From NCBI RefSeq assembly GCF_964204645.1, contig NC_134034.1, forward strand, positions 8,754,962 through 8,818,961: 64,000 nucleotides of DNA. Direction: 5' to 3'. A model generated the notes under the pieces. The model ran no database searches. It saw only the letters and a program-made list of their open reading frames with translations, and was not told the DNA's origin. The position numbers and the translations under genes are program-made. This DNA comes from Tubulanus polymorphus (Eukaryota; Animalia; Nemertea). This document shows, piece after piece, positions 61,949-64,000 of this stretch (position 1 is the stretch's first letter; each line of letters begins with the position of its first letter).

Positions 61949-63999
61949 AGTGTTTCATGAGACCCGCAAATAACGTCAAGTTATTGATTTTTTATTTAAT
62001 ATGAATACATTTCGCTCCGAACCTAAGAATTATCTTGATCTTTTAACATACGTGATTGATAGAAATAACAAACGTTAGCTGCGAGTCTCGTTATGCTGGA
62101 GTCCATTATGAGTTTTCCGGTTTGCCCGGCTACCCGTACTGGCGGGGTAGTCTAGAGAGGCTAATGAAAACTCCGGTTTGCTGAACCACCCCTCTTTGCG
62201 GGGATGCGGTATGATGTTTGATGTGACAGTTTCAAGTGGTTAATGGCTGTTTCAAGTGCTTACAACGATGCTTATTACTTCGTGGTACATGGTGGTTTAA
62301 AAAAAGATTTCATAATAATACGCTCACCGCGTGGGCTTCGTAGTAAGACCACTGCCTGTGGCCTTCCCAAATTTTAATTGTCCTGTCCGATTTAGGTTTC
62401 ATCCAATTGAGAGACTGCCTTTTCCAGTTAGGGCATTTTTGGATCACGTCACTCCAGGAAATGACTTAACGCTTTTGGGCCCCTTCGTCGGTTCCACATG
62501 TTTCATTTGAGCTATAGACCACAATGGTGACACCATGATGGTCAGTAACTGACCAATTGAGATATCCCCGAGTCTGACCACTTGGCTTCGAATTTCGGAA
62601 ATTTATCATGTAATGTTTGTTTTCAAACCTCTAAGGAATCATCATTGCAAATTCATCACTGACCATCACTGACCACCAATGACCAATTCAAACTTCTCGA
62701 ATATGAAAACGTTATACCGCGTTATGGTGTCAAACTAGAAAGGATTCGCCATTGAAAATTCATAAATTGACCATCACTGACCACCACTGACCAATTGAAA
62801 CTTCTTGAAAGAACGATATACCGGTACCGCTTTTGGTGTGAAACTAGAAAGGATTCGCCATTAAAATTCATAAATTGACCATCACTGACCACCAGCGAAA
62901 CTTCTCAAATATCGTGCTCGAATTCGAAAGTGCTTGTCGTCGTATTGCTATTTCTAGAAACCAGCAGAAAGTTTTGCTACTGTTTTTGAATGGCGTTGAC
63001 ATGATGGAAATTTATTACCCATAAATGGGTTACACATCTGGATCACAGCACCTCACTTGCCGCAGTGCGTTATTTTCACTGCATAGTAATGCTAATACAT
63101 AAACTTTTTTACTACTTGACTCGAATCATCTGAACAGTACTGCGTTTGAAAACTCAACGAATAGAAAATATTTGCGGGATGCGCCTACAAATAAGTTATA
63201 ATAAGATTAATTAATCGATGCATGAAAAACAATTAAATCACAAGGTGACTAACACCCGTCTTTCAACCAATCTGCGCGATACCAATTAATTAAATCATTA
63301 AACGCATTGGGTTCCTAATATTTGAAATCATGTGATACAATAGTTGTTATTTAGACTTGGCCACTTTCATTTCAGAAAACCGCGTACTAGACCAGTGGTC
63401 ACCGAGGCATTAACCATTCCTTCAAGTTTTGAAAATTCGATGGTAACGCGGATTCTTCGCCTCTAAAAACTGTTTCGTTAATAGTTGTCTTTATATTAAA
63501 AGTGTTCATAGGAATTGAAATTTGGAGCGATATCAGTCACAGCTGTAACCCTTTTTCATTGTCAGTTCTTTTTTGGAATTCAAGTAGATTAGTGAAAATA
63601 TCAATGATGAAGTTCACTTATTATATCAAGTACCGTTTTTACTGTCGCATGCGAGTCGAAACAAAAAGATCTATCCAACTGCATATGTTCGGGTATAACC
63701 TGTGATATCCTTCAGTATGTTATGAATATCTTTAAAAATTTGTGTTCTAGTATAATACCCGAAGGTTTAACTATCGGACACATAAAAGATTCGCCATAAT
63801 CAAAGTTTTTAAGAAAATCTTTCTTCGAGAAAGAAAGATCTTTAAGAGAACGATTGGCGTCAAACTAATCCATAATGGACTGTTGTGAATTTATTGAATA
63901 ATCCACCTGAGAAATTTTGAGATTTCGAAGCGAAATAAAAGCGAATAAATCAAAAATGCATAAATAACTTGACGTTATTTGCGGGTCTCATGAAACACT
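61949..63999. mobile_element. ~2-kb non-autonomous TIR element reaching the window end
   Basis: 37-bp perfect inverted repeat AGTGTTTCATGAGACCCGCAAATAACGTCAAGTTATT at 61949-61985 and 63963-63999. TSD cannot be checked. Confidence 0.8.
62640..62910. repeat. ~108-bp tandem repeat (about 2.5 copies) with CTGACCA motifs
   Basis: TGACCATCACTGACCACCA...AAACTTCT...AAACTAGAAAGGATTCGCCATT recurs. Confidence 0.8.
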
Positions 64000-64000
64000 T

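Overview
Eukaryotic DNA, probably a marine invertebrate (spliceosomal introns, AT-rich, Helentron-type repeats), made almost entirely of nested mobile elements. In order: (1) the right end of an EnSpm/CACTA-like element with a spliced accessory gene, abutting the leader of (2) a Ty3/Gypsy LTR retrotransposon with intact gag and pol, a -1 frameshift signal, and an unusual third ORF with zinc fingers. (3) An 11.1-kb TIR transposon (10878-21958, 3-bp AAT TSD) is inserted in the Gypsy 3' LTR. It pairs a spliced KDZ (Kyakuja/Dileera/Zisupton-type) transposase with a convergent, intact 7-exon DUF3987/YfjI-like P-loop NTPase gene, and has a 2-kb TTAGGG-like array in an intron. This is the best candidate for an undescribed system. 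(4) A truncated hAT. (5) A decayed Polinton/Maverick (adintovirus-like) element with pPolB, HNH, integrase, ATPase and a capsid fragment. (6) A near-intact Sola1 transposon next to the only clear host gene, an intronless rhodopsin-type GPCR. (7) A Kolobok transposon with a THAP transposase and a P2X7-ballast-like gene, carrying several nested MITEs and a LINE fragment. Family assignments come from motif recognition, not database searches.
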